Shown here piece by piece: positions 21,134 through 30,948 of a DNA stretch of 64,000 nucleotides (the first letter of the stretch is position 1; every line of letters begins with the position of its first letter). Made by a program: the position numbers and the translations under genes. The notes under the pieces are model-generated. The model was not told where the DNA came from. It saw only the letters and a program-made list of their open reading frames with translations, and did not search any database. Location: NCBI GenBank assembly GCA_038824035.1, contig JAWBBW010000002.1:1-64000 (forward strand), read 5' to 3'. This DNA comes from Desulfurococcaceae archaeon. GTDB lineage: Archaea; Thermoproteota; Thermoprotei_A; Sulfolobales; Desulfurococcaceae.

Positions 21134-22984
21134 ATGTGCGGTATAATAGGGATATGTAGAGCAAGTAAAGGAGGACAACGATTAGGAGAGATCCTTTTCA
21201 GAGGACTCCTGAGATTAGAGTATAGAGGTTACGATTCAGCTGGAATAGCTATCATAGATGAAGTGAATGGGAGATTGTTAATAGCAAAGGGTAAGGGCAA
21301 GTTACATGAACTGGAACATAAATATAGATTTACAGAGTTCGATGGATTAACAGGTATAGGACATACCAGATGGGCGACACATGGACCTCCCTCAGATATA
21401 AATGCACATCCCCACATAGATTGTTCTGATCGTTTCGCCATAGTTCACAATGGTATAATTGAAAATTACATGGATTTGAGGAACAACCTAGAAAAAAATG
21501 GCCATGTATTTAAAAGCGAAACCGATACAGAAGTTATCGCTCATCTCATAGAAGATGTATACAATAAAACCCATGACGTTTATCTGGCGTTTAAAAAAGC
21601 TATTCTCTTATTAAGGGGGTCATACGCTATTTTAATGATAACGCCTCTTGAACCGCAACGTATATTTTTCGCTAAGAAAGATAGCCCCCTTGTAATAGGA
21701 ATAGGCGAGAATGGCTATAACTTGATAGCCAGCGACATTCCAGCTTTACTTGATTATACTAGGAAAATATTCGTGGTAAAGGACTACTTGATTGGCTATA
21801 TTTCCCCAGGCGAGATTTTCGTTGAAAATTTAATCGATAACACACACGTATCTATAAACGATCATGTGATCATAGTTGAGTGGACCCATAAAGACGCTGA
21901 GAAAGGAGGTTATCCCCATTTCATGTTAAAGGAAATATATGAACAACCGTTGGCAATAAAGAACACTCTTTATGGTTTAAAAAACGATCCGAACATCTCG
22001 CATGCCGTGAAATTATTATCACATGCTAGTAAAATATACGTGATAGGTGCTGGTACTAGTTATCATGCATCAGAGTATTTCAGCTTAGCTAACATGATCT
22101 TGACTGGTAAGACTACCATAAGCTTCATTTCTAGTGAATACATACCCTATATGAAAACCGCATCTCCTAACGACGTGCTCATAGCTATCAGCCAGAGCGG
22201 TGAAACAATGGATACTCTAAAAGCTTTAAGAGCGTTTAAAAAACGAGGCGTGAGGATCATATCGATTTCAAATATCATAGACTCTGCAATACCCAGAGAA
22301 AGCGACATATGTATATACACTAGGGCTGGGCCTGAAATAGGAGTAGCGGCCACTAAGACATTCTTAGCACAGACACTAACACTCATATGGATATCCATAA
22401 AGCTCGCCGAGGAATATGGCACCCTTAATAATTCTGAGATCCGCGAATTACTGGAACATGTCGAAAAATCGCCATGGATCGTTGAAGAATCAATAAGATC
22501 TAGTGAGCGATTGGTTAAAAACTTAGCCGAAAATCTAGCGCGCAGAACAAAAAGCATGTATTATCTAAGCAGAGGGATAGGGTTGCCAATAGCTAGAGAA
22601 GGGGCATTGAAAATCAAGGAGATCGCCTATATACATGCCGAGGCTTATCCTGCCGGCGAATCCAAGCATGGACCAATAGCATTGATAGAAAATGATTTCC
22701 CCGTTGTATTTGTTATTCCACCAGATGATTATATAGAATCCATAATACTAGGGAACATAGAGGAAATGAAGGCGCGAGGTGCTTTGACAATAGGTATTAC
22801 ATCTTCTCTATCAAAATCGAAAGACATAGTTGATTATTTCATATCAATACCGCACTCACATTGGATATTAACTCCATTAACACATACTCCACCACTACAA
22901 TTGCTTGCGTACTACGTAGCTGTGGAGAAAGGATATGATCCAGACAAGCCAAGGAATCTAGCAAAAACTGTGACAGTCGAGTAA
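21134..22984 (+). CDS. glmS: Glutamine--fructose-6-phosphate aminotransferase
   Basis: MCGI, LEYRGYDSAG, HTRWATHG, SQSGET, PRNLAKTVTVE. Confidence 0.99.
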   Translation: MCGIIGICRASKGGQRLGEILFRGLLRLEYRGYDSAGIAIIDEVNGRLLIAKGKGKLHELEHKYRFTEFDGLTGIGHTRWATHGPPSDINAHPHIDCSDRFAIVHNGIIENYMDLRNNLEKNGHVFKSETDTEVIAHLIEDVYNKTHDVYLAFKKAILLLRGSYAILMITPLEPQRIFFAKKDSPLVIGIGENGYNLIASDIPALLDYTRKIFVVKDYLIGYISPGEIFVENLIDNTHVSINDHVIIVEWTHKDAEKGGYPHFMLKEIYEQPLAIKNTLYGLKNDPNISHAVKLLSHASKIYVIGAGTSYHASEYFSLANMILTGKTTISFISSEYIPYMKTASPNDVLIAISQSGETMDTLKALRAFKKRGVRIISISNIIDSAIPRESDICIYTRAGPEIGVAATKTFLAQTLTLIWISIKLAEEYGTLNNSEIRELLEHVEKSPWIVEESIRSSERLVKNLAENLARRTKSMYYLSRGIGLPIAREGALKIKEIAYIHAEAYPAGESKHGPIALIENDFPVVFVIPPDDYIESIILGNIEEMKARGALTIGITSSLSKSKDIVDYFISIPHSHWILTPLTHTPPLQLLAYYVAVEKGYDPDKPRNLAKTVTVE

Positions 22985-23077
22985 TAACATCGTGGACAGG
23001 TAATGCTGTTTCCGAGACGCTTTGGGAAACGAGCTCGAGGACGATGAACGATAGCGTTAATCCACAAATATTAGTAT

Positions 23078-23341
23078 TCACGAATTTCGTTGCTTATACC
23101 TTAGAGATTTAACTGTGTACTTGATGATCTCTATTAAATAACCCTCTTCACCAGGAAGGCCTGAACCCACGTAGGTGTCGTTTATGATCAATGAAGGTAA
23201 TTCGTTCTCTGCGTCTTCTACCATTATCTCTATTGGCTCTCCTAATTCATTTTCTAAGATCTCTTTTACACATAGCGTCCACTCATGCAATGTTTGCCTT
23301 AAATACCCTGGTCTACCCTTTATTTTAACCAATATCACCAT
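23078..23341 (-). CDS. Small hypothetical protein (possible thioredoxin-like fold)
   Basis: 87-aa ORF with upstream GGTGA-type SD; LPSLIIND..GxG pattern. Confidence 0.6.
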   Translation of the reverse strand: MVILVKIKGRPGYLRQTLHEWTLCVKEILENELGEPIEIMVEDAENELPSLIINDTYVGSGLPGEEGYLIEIIKYTVKSLRYKQRNS

Positions 23342-23371
23342 TTCAACACACTGTTGAATTGTTATCCTTGA

Positions 23372-25129
23372 TCATCTATGTTGACGAGATCTTCTCGATC
23401 TGAGCTCATCACGCAGTTTCCGTGTTTCCTCGTAATTTATTGTCAAATTGTCTGGATCGATGATTACTCCATATTTCTCTCTAGCTATTTCAAGGGATAT
23501 GTAGCCTTGTTTATAATCTTCTAATACAAGCTCTGGCCGACGTTCAAGCGGATCGCCCCATCCCCCTCCACCACCACTCCTTATGCTAACTATGTCGCCT
23601 TTCCTGAGCTTGAAATTGAATGCCCTTCCGCCGTCCCATATGACTTTGCCATCTCTTATGACAACTATATGATTACATGTACCATTTTCGCCGCCTGCAA
23701 TCCCCCATGGAGGATATCTGATCCTGTTTATGGAACACACGAGCGTTGCTTCTTCGGTTAATATTCTATAGTCTTTCCTAATTCCAAAACCACCTCTATG
23801 TTTACCATGACCTACTCCCTCTTCTATATTAAGTCTCATGCATTCCACTCTGATCGGATATTCCCTCTCCAACACTTCTACTGGATGGCAATATGTTTCA
23901 CCATCTGCAGCTGAGACAAGACAGGATTCCCCATCTCTATCGTAACCAGCACCCCATCCACCTGGGTTTGGTTCACACAATATTTTGTATTTCCCATCCC
24001 TAGGGTCCATCATGCTAAGGGTCTCACTCACCACAGAGAGAAAATGACCGGCTGTTAATTTGTCAGGTATATGTGGAGCTAAAGCCTTCCATATGAGATC
24101 TACTGCGTAAAACATTGTTTCCCAATAACAACTGACAGCCGCTGGTGGTTTTGCATTAAATATTGTGCCCTCAGGGACGATCAGTTTGACTGGGTCTAAA
24201 TAACCATGGTTAAGAGGTACATGTGGATCCGTAATGGCCACGAACGTTATTGCCACTGATGCATATGTTCCTGGATAAGTTGTGTTAATGGGGGCTTCCA
24301 CTTGTCTGGGGTTCTCGCTGAAATCGGCTATAAATTCGTCATCAGTGATCTTGACTCTAACCGTTATCCGTATATCGTTCTCCATGCCCTCATATTTCTC
24401 TATCCACTCTTCGCTGAAGAATTCACCCTTTACTAGGTATTGTAATTTTCTCCTAGCAAGCTCTTTGCCTTCTCTTAACCTATCATTCATCGCTTCCTTG
24501 ATTGTTTCAACCCCATATTTGTCGCAAAGCTCATTAAATCTCCTATATGCATATCTCAATGAAGCTGCCAGTGCCTCTAGATCTCCGTATACATAGTCGG
24601 GTATCCTCGTGTTGCTTAATATGACCCTGATTATCTCCTTATTGGGTTTGCCTGCCTTGTAAAAATGTGATACGGGTATGAACAAGCCTTCTTGAAACAC
24701 CTCTGTTGCATTAGGACCCCAGCTACCTGGATTCATCCCTCCAATGTCATTGATGTGGCCCTTTACCACCGCCATGGCTATGAGTTCTTGCCTATGGTAT
24801 ATCGGCATAGCTAATGCTACATCATTTAGATGAGTCCCTGTTCTATAGGGATCGTTTACTATAAATATATCCCCTGGTTGCATTTCCAATTCCCCTTTCT
24901 CGACGTCTTCCAGCACCGCCCTCGCGACAAATGGTAATATCCCTATGAAGTTTGGGACACCTGTTCCTATGGCTATTAACTCCCCTCTTTCATTGGTTAA
25001 ACCTGGTGAAAAATCATAAGTTTCGTAGATAATACTGCTCTTAGCCGCTCGCACCGTTGTCCAGAACATCTCCTTGACTATGCTCTCGAGGGCGTTCTTT
25101 ATGATCGTCAATGTTATTGGATCACTCAT
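23372..25129 (-). CDS. Hydantoinase B / 5-oxoprolinase beta subunit
   Basis: NDPYRTGTHLND, HINDIGG, QEGL, GGGGGWGDPLER. Confidence 0.93.
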   Translation of the reverse strand: MSDPITLTIIKNALESIVKEMFWTTVRAAKSSIIYETYDFSPGLTNERGELIAIGTGVPNFIGILPFVARAVLEDVEKGELEMQPGDIFIVNDPYRTGTHLNDVALAMPIYHRQELIAMAVVKGHINDIGGMNPGSWGPNATEVFQEGLFIPVSHFYKAGKPNKEIIRVILSNTRIPDYVYGDLEALAASLRYAYRRFNELCDKYGVETIKEAMNDRLREGKELARRKLQYLVKGEFFSEEWIEKYEGMENDIRITVRVKITDDEFIADFSENPRQVEAPINTTYPGTYASVAITFVAITDPHVPLNHGYLDPVKLIVPEGTIFNAKPPAAVSCYWETMFYAVDLIWKALAPHIPDKLTAGHFLSVVSETLSMMDPRDGKYKILCEPNPGGWGAGYDRDGESCLVSAADGETYCHPVEVLEREYPIRVECMRLNIEEGVGHGKHRGGFGIRKDYRILTEEATLVCSINRIRYPPWGIAGGENGTCNHIVVIRDGKVIWDGGRAFNFKLRKGDIVSIRSGGGGGWGDPLERRPELVLEDYKQGYISLEIAREKYGVIIDPDNLTINYEETRKLRDELRSRRSRQHR

Positions 25130-27204
25130 TCTCTCACCTTGATCACTAGATTTCCATATTCATCGTTATATGCTACTTGATCGTTTAATACAATTGCAGT
25201 TGCCGTATCGCTCTCAATTATGCATGGTCCTTTAATCACGGCCTTAGCGGGGAGTTTTTCTTTTTTATAGACATCCACATATATTTCTTCCTCTCCATTG
25301 TAGATCAATCTATCGCCTATGTATGCCTCGCTTAGATCACCCATATGTTCTGTTCGCTCAAGTTCCACGTGTTTTACTTCATGAACTCCTATCACATATA
25401 TGTTCACTAGGATTATCTTGCTATTGGATAAGCTGAACCCATATTCATTGAAATGATATGTATGGAAAGCTTTCTCCACTTCAATCAATTTATCCATATC
25501 TATTCTACCACTTGGACATGGAACTCTTAATGTGTGTGCCTGTCCTTCGTACTTCAAATCCAGGAAGCGTTGAAAGGTTATCGAAGCAGGATCTATTCCT
25601 TCATCTCTGAACATATTTTTGATCAATTCTTCTATCTTTTCAAACAACGAGCTTAATTTCTCGGCATAATCCCTTGATATCTCGAACCACATAGTGTTTG
25701 TCTGGATTATTTCATGCCTTATATCGAGTTGTAACATGCCCCATGCATTGAACACGCCTGTTTGAATAGCTGGTATTATTATACGTGGTATTTTCAACTC
25801 CTTGGCTATGAATGGTGCGAACATGGGTCCAGCTCCTCCATGTGCTATTAGTGAGAACTCTCTCGGATCCACGCCTTTTTTGATCGTTATTTGTCTTATC
25901 AGATTAGAGGCCTTTTCATTAGCAATTCTAATGGCTCCATAGGCCACCTCCTTGACATCCAATCCAAGTTGGTTTGATATATTTTTAAGAGCCTTCACCG
26001 CTAAATCCTTGTCTATTTTCAATTTACCTCCAAGCAAGTACTCTGGGTTTAGGTAACCGGTAATTACATATGCATCTGTCAATGTTGGCAAATTACCTCC
26101 TCTTCTATAACAAGCCGGCCCTGGATTGGCCCCTGTAGCCATAGGGCCTACTTGTAGGTTACCAATTTCATCGATCCATATTATACTGGTTCCACCCAAT
26201 CCTATCTCTGTGATACCCATAAGAGGGACCCTGAGAGGATATCCAGCGTGCCAATCATCTTGTTCAATCCAGTATTCTGTTAAGAACTCGGGTACTAATT
26301 TTTTCACAACTCCTGCTTTCGTGGTAGTACTTCCACCATCTATTACAATAATATTGTCTTCGCCTAGGTGTTTCGCAATAGCTATACCTCCTACTATCCC
26401 AGAAACGGGTCCCCCCTCTATTGTGAATATTGGATATTTCTTGGCGAACTCAGATACAACCATGCCACCTGATGCCAACGTTATGTAAAATGTGCCTCGA
26501 AATCCCTTTTCCCTAAATATATATTCTAGTTTCTCCACGTAGTTCACGAAAATAGGTTGAACATATGCATTTAATACAGCGGTATTAAATCTCTCGTATT
26601 CTCTCCACTCACGGCTTATCTCACTTGAAGCAGTTACAAAGGTTTTTCTATATCCTTTTTCCTTCAAAATAGTTTCAATTATTTCTTTTGCCCGCATCTC
26701 GTGAGCTGGGTTTACGTAGCTGTTAATAAATCCTATTGCAAAGGATTGGGCACCTTTCTTTAAGAGCTGTGAAACGGCCTCTTCGACTTCGTTTTCCCTT
26801 AAAGGTATGTATATGCTTCCATCAGAATCTATTCGTTCAGTCACCCATGCTGTGAACTCCCTTGAAACAAATGGCTTAGGCTTAACATATCGGAAATTGA
26901 AAATATCTCGTCGATTCGCCCTCTGAATCTCCAATATGTCAAAGCCCTTTGTAGTAATAAATCCTACCTTAGAGCCCTTTCTAGTTATTATAGTATTGAT
27001 CACCACTGTCTGGCCGTGAATTATTTGTGACACCGAGCCAATGTCCACCCCCTTGTCTTCTATCTCCTCGAGAGCGTGAATAACGCCCTTTTCGAAATCG
27101 GGAGGAGTAGATTCGACTTTTACCCAGATCTTCTTATTCTTATCAAAATCCACTACATATAAATCCGTGAAAGCCCCTCCTATGTCTATGCCTATTTTAA
27201 TCAT
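25126..27204 (-). CDS. Hydantoinase A / 5-oxoprolinase ATP-binding subunit
   Basis: GIDIGGAFTD, REYERFNTAVLNAY, GANPGPACY, GGAGPM. Confidence 0.93.
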   Translation of the reverse strand: MIKIGIDIGGAFTDLYVVDFDKNKKIWVKVESTPPDFEKGVIHALEEIEDKGVDIGSVSQIIHGQTVVINTIITRKGSKVGFITTKGFDILEIQRANRRDIFNFRYVKPKPFVSREFTAWVTERIDSDGSIYIPLRENEVEEAVSQLLKKGAQSFAIGFINSYVNPAHEMRAKEIIETILKEKGYRKTFVTASSEISREWREYERFNTAVLNAYVQPIFVNYVEKLEYIFREKGFRGTFYITLASGGMVVSEFAKKYPIFTIEGGPVSGIVGGIAIAKHLGEDNIIVIDGGSTTTKAGVVKKLVPEFLTEYWIEQDDWHAGYPLRVPLMGITEIGLGGTSIIWIDEIGNLQVGPMATGANPGPACYRRGGNLPTLTDAYVITGYLNPEYLLGGKLKIDKDLAVKALKNISNQLGLDVKEVAYGAIRIANEKASNLIRQITIKKGVDPREFSLIAHGGAGPMFAPFIAKELKIPRIIIPAIQTGVFNAWGMLQLDIRHEIIQTNTMWFEISRDYAEKLSSLFEKIEELIKNMFRDEGIDPASITFQRFLDLKYEGQAHTLRVPCPSGRIDMDKLIEVEKAFHTYHFNEYGFSLSNSKIILVNIYVIGVHEVKHVELERTEHMGDLSEAYIGDRLIYNGEEEIYVDVYKKEKLPAKAVIKGPCIIESDTATAIVLNDQVAYNDEYGNLVIKVRE

Positions 27205-28190
27205 GGATAACAGCCACTAAATCTGTGATATATTGTGTTCGGATTAAATATTTATCGGGACTATAGTTCAAAACCCATTACGTAGTTAATAAAACTGTGT
27301 AAAAAACCTTCAGACATGAATTGGACAAAATACAAAGAATTCGGTAAAGGCTTATGCTTCATGGTTATATAACAAAATAGATCACTAATTTTACATAACA
27401 TTGTAAAATATAATAAATCTATATTAATGATATATTTATATTCGTGTATGGATATGTTATTTAACTATGTTAACCAATACAATGATATGACATACACTAC
27501 AAAAATTGATCATAGATAGGTATTTCACATAATCAATGATCATAAGTCGATTAAGCAGATTCATCTATATCACTTAGGAGTCGTGGAATTTGACCCCCTG
27601 TTCACAGTAATACCCAATATTGTATATGACTGGCTTATGATAATCATAACTACATCTTTTTATCAATTATGACATTAAATGGGAAACCACAATGTTACAT
27701 CACATTTCTGTTTATTCAAGATATCCACGGTAATACTTTCATAAAGTGTTCAAGATGTTTTATCTGAGGAACATCTAGTTATATATCCTGCAATGTAATG
27801 ATGTGGCCCACCATGGATTATACCCAATTAGAGCATGTATTGTCATAGAGACATATTTTACCAATATCCTTGCGATGAATTACTGTATTTTATAATGCAG
27901 TATAATGTCATCAATAATTACACGGATATTTCCAATAATGGTATTATGTGATAGAGCCGATCAGGTTTTCCTATTACCTGGTTATCAGGGTTAAATTCAG
28001 CAATTCTATATTAACTCGATATCATGGGTCATACATCTTTTGATCAATTATATTGTTATAAGTTTGTTTTCTTGTTTAAATCGCATTTCACAAAGAGTTT
28101 TGTATCATGTAGACCTGCTACACATTAAAATATAGATGGAAAACCCAATAATAATTTTTCAAACTTACAATTATATGGTGGGGATCCCGG

Positions 28191-28233
28191 TTAACTACAC
28201 CTTTGACATGTTAATCGCGAATTAACTACACCT
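28191..28233. repeat. 12-bp direct repeat ttaactacacct x2
   Basis: Copies at 28191-28202 and 28222-28233 (31-bp period). Confidence 0.75.
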
Positions 28234-28429
28234 CCTGATCACGTTTCTCTGTGCTATTGTGATAACAATATTGTTTATTATGCATACACGGCATCATTTA
28301 TTAATTATCTGTTTCCCATGTTTAAGTACCGAGAATTACTTTTTTATATAATCTCTTTGTTTAATTTTAAAAGGGGCTTGAATAGTGGTGATAGTGGTGA
28401 TCACAAGCTCTTCTAAGACACATGGAGCA

Positions 28430-29095
28430 ATGCCATATAAAATGCCTGACCACGAGGCATTCGAATTACTGAAAAAATATGAGATTCCATTCCCTCCATA
28501 TGGAGTTGCCAAAGATCCCGAGGAGGCTGGGGAAATAGCCGAGAGCATAGGATATCCTGTCGTGATCAAGATAATATCCCCAAGTATAAGCCATAAAACC
28601 GATGTAGGTGGTGTTATATTAAATCTATATAATAAGAAATCAGTGATCGAGTCGTCTAGGATAATGTTGGAAAACATAACAAAGCGTCTTCCAGGTATAG
28701 AGATAACAGGGCTGTTGATACAAAAAATGGTCCCTAAAGGAGTAGAGGTGATCATCGGAGGTATAAACGACCCCACATTCGGTGGCGTAGTGATGTTTGG
28801 GCTTGGAGGCATATTCACCGAGATACTTAGAGATGTGAGTTTCAAAATAACTCCTTTGAGTATCGAAGATGCTGTTGACATGATCACAGAGATCAGGGCT
28901 TCTAATATTATTAAGGGATATAGAAACCTACCACCAGTGGATATAATGAGTATTGCCGATATAATAGTTAAAGTGAGTAAAATACTCGATGAAAACCCAG
29001 ATATAGAATCGATAGATCTGAACCCAGTCATAGCCTACAGCGACCACGCATTAGTGGTTGATGCAAGATTTATCATTCACAAACAGACATCATGA
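28430..29095 (+). CDS. ADP-forming acyl-CoA synthetase beta subunit (ATP-grasp)
   Basis: GYPVVIKIISPxIxHKTDVGGV, DPTFGxVVMFGLGGIF, DLNPV, VDAR. Confidence 0.92.
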   Translation: MPYKMPDHEAFELLKKYEIPFPPYGVAKDPEEAGEIAESIGYPVVIKIISPSISHKTDVGGVILNLYNKKSVIESSRIMLENITKRLPGIEITGLLIQKMVPKGVEVIIGGINDPTFGGVVMFGLGGIFTEILRDVSFKITPLSIEDAVDMITEIRASNIIKGYRNLPPVDIMSIADIIVKVSKILDENPDIESIDLNPVIAYSDHALVVDARFIIHKQTS

Positions 29096-29185
29096 TCAGG
29101 GCTCGTCTATATACCGTGATCGTCTCGGAAAACATTATTAACGTCGATTCCATATCAATCACAGCATAATTACTGTTTATCTCAG

Positions 29186-29701
29186 GTGATCTATGTGATC
29201 GAGGAAAGAGATGCAGTAACGAGATCAGTATTAACAGTTGCCCAATTAATGGTCCTTTCCGCGAAAACCGCGCCAAAAGCTCGTGGAGTGGATAACATAG
29301 TCGCAACAATACTAAGCAATAAGGACGAGATAGAGAAGCTGGCTGGTAAAATGGAAGAACTTGCATCACTACATGGTGATTTCTTTAAAAGGGATGCCAT
29401 AAGTGTTAAGAACAGCGATGCCGTTGTATTGATAGGTTGCAAGATTGTACGATATGGATTAAGCGGGCCAATAACTCATGGATTAGATCCAGATATTGTT
29501 AATTCCATAGTCAACCTTGGTATAGCCCTTGGATCTGCCGTGAAAACAGCATCTATACATAACGTTGACAACAGAATCATGTATAGCATAGGGGTTGCTG
29601 CAAAGGAGCTGAACTTGTTGGACGCCGATATAATATATGGGATACCATTATCAGCGCGCTCTAAGAACATATACTTTGATAGAATATGGCCTCCAATGTA
29701 A
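29186..29701 (+). CDS. DUF2148 / COG4739-like protein
   Basis: SAKTAPKARGVD, LGIALGSAVKTA, VDNRIMYSIG, KNIYFDR. Confidence 0.85.
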   Translation: MIYVIEERDAVTRSVLTVAQLMVLSAKTAPKARGVDNIVATILSNKDEIEKLAGKMEELASLHGDFFKRDAISVKNSDAVVLIGCKIVRYGLSGPITHGLDPDIVNSIVNLGIALGSAVKTASIHNVDNRIMYSIGVAAKELNLLDADIIYGIPLSARSKNIYFDRIWPPM

Positions 29702-29920
29702 TCATCCGCCCAGGAATTCCTCCACCAGTACTATTTCATCTCCTTCCTTAACGAGGAAGTCTTTACTATCAACGATCTTGCCATTAACTATAATCATTAA
29801 GTTCGCGTTATCCACATGTCTCTTGGCAATACTAATTAATTGTGAAGCACTTAGCACTTGTTCTTCTACACATTCTTTTACATCTAAGGGTAGGATCCTA
29901 TAACAGATCACGCAACTCAC
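29702..29920 (-). CDS. Ubiquitin-like (MoaD/ThiS/SAMP) protein
   Basis: 72 aa, IIVNG..VKEGDEIVL, C-terminal GG. Confidence 0.85.
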   Translation of the reverse strand: MSCVICYRILPLDVKECVEEQVLSASQLISIAKRHVDNANLMIIVNGKIVDSKDFLVKEGDEIVLVEEFLGG

Positions 29921-29969
29921 CTCTTAAATGGAAATATCAGACATTCATTAATTACCTTAATTGGCTTAA

Positions 29970-30752
29970 TTAACTACTACATATATCTTTACAATCAAAT
30001 CCCTTGATCTCGATCATCTCTATAGCGGGTGTCCTAGCATTGAATAATAAAATCTTGTTAACCAAGGGCTCGCCATATCCTAATACCAATTTGAACAATT
30101 CATTAACCTCTAACAACCCTATTATGCCAGGTATATGTGCCATTACTCTAATGATCCTTCCACCCCTAATATCACCCCGTATTTCTCTGAATAAACACCT
30201 TAAACAAGGAGTTTTACCTGGAATAATAACTGTAACCTGTCCATAATATTCCTCTACACCTCCATGTATCAATGGCTTATTATGACGCCAGGCTACTTTA
30301 TCTAGTATAAACCTCGTTTCCATATTATCCAGGGCATCCATGATGATGTCGATATCTGGGACAATCTTGTCCAAAACATCCTCTGTTATGGTCGCGTAAA
30401 CAGGTCGTATCTCTGCGAAGGGGTTGAGATCTCTTAATCTCCTAGCGGCAACATTCACTTTTGGTAAACCGAGATCGCTAGATGTGTAGAGCACTTGACG
30501 CTGGAGATCGCTTAGATCTATGGTTCCATCATCGATTACCGTGATATGCCCGACACCTGCCGCGACCAGATAATAAAGAATGGCTGAACCCAGTCCTCCT
30601 GCACCAGCAACTAACACTCTTGTGTTCTTTAATTTTTCCTGGCCTTTACAACCTATCAATGCTACCTGTCTGCTATATCTGGTCACCTCTTCTGGGGTCA
30701 GGGATTGAGTGGCAATACAGTTTTCTACACTTTCATATCCCAAACTACCCAC
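29970..30752 (-). CDS. E1-like ThiF/MoeB/UbaA adenylyltransferase
   Basis: RYSRQ, GAGGLG, DLSDLQRQ, DALDN, PCLRC. Confidence 0.93.
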   Translation of the reverse strand: MGSLGYESVENCIATQSLTPEEVTRYSRQVALIGCKGQEKLKNTRVLVAGAGGLGSAILYYLVAAGVGHITVIDDGTIDLSDLQRQVLYTSSDLGLPKVNVAARRLRDLNPFAEIRPVYATITEDVLDKIVPDIDIIMDALDNMETRFILDKVAWRHNKPLIHGGVEEYYGQVTVIIPGKTPCLRCLFREIRGDIRGGRIIRVMAHIPGIIGLLEVNELFKLVLGYGEPLVNKILLFNARTPAIEMIEIKGFDCKDICSS

Positions 30753-30948
30753 CTGACTTAACTGTGAAAAGCACTATTTCATCTCCATCCCTGGCTACAT
30801 CATTTTCCACTGTGATCGATCCATTCTTTAAAACCACGTGCTCTGATGAAGATAGCCCAAGTCTATTGAGGATCTCTGCTATAATTATCTCTTGTTCAGC
30901 GAACTCCACAACCATGTTGTTCTCAACGATTTTCACTCTTATGGTCAT
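30745..30948 (-). CDS. Ubiquitin-like (ThiS/SAMP2-type) protein
   Basis: 67 aa, VVLKNG..RDGDEIVL, C-terminal SGG. Confidence 0.87.
   Translation of the reverse strand: MTIRVKIVENNMVVEFAEQEIIIAEILNRLGLSSSEHVVLKNGSITVENDVARDGDEIVLFTVKSGG

Noticed and set aside
27205-28429. CRISPR array or MITE
   Set aside because: No regularly spaced 24-40 bp repeats and no terminal inverted repeats with target duplication
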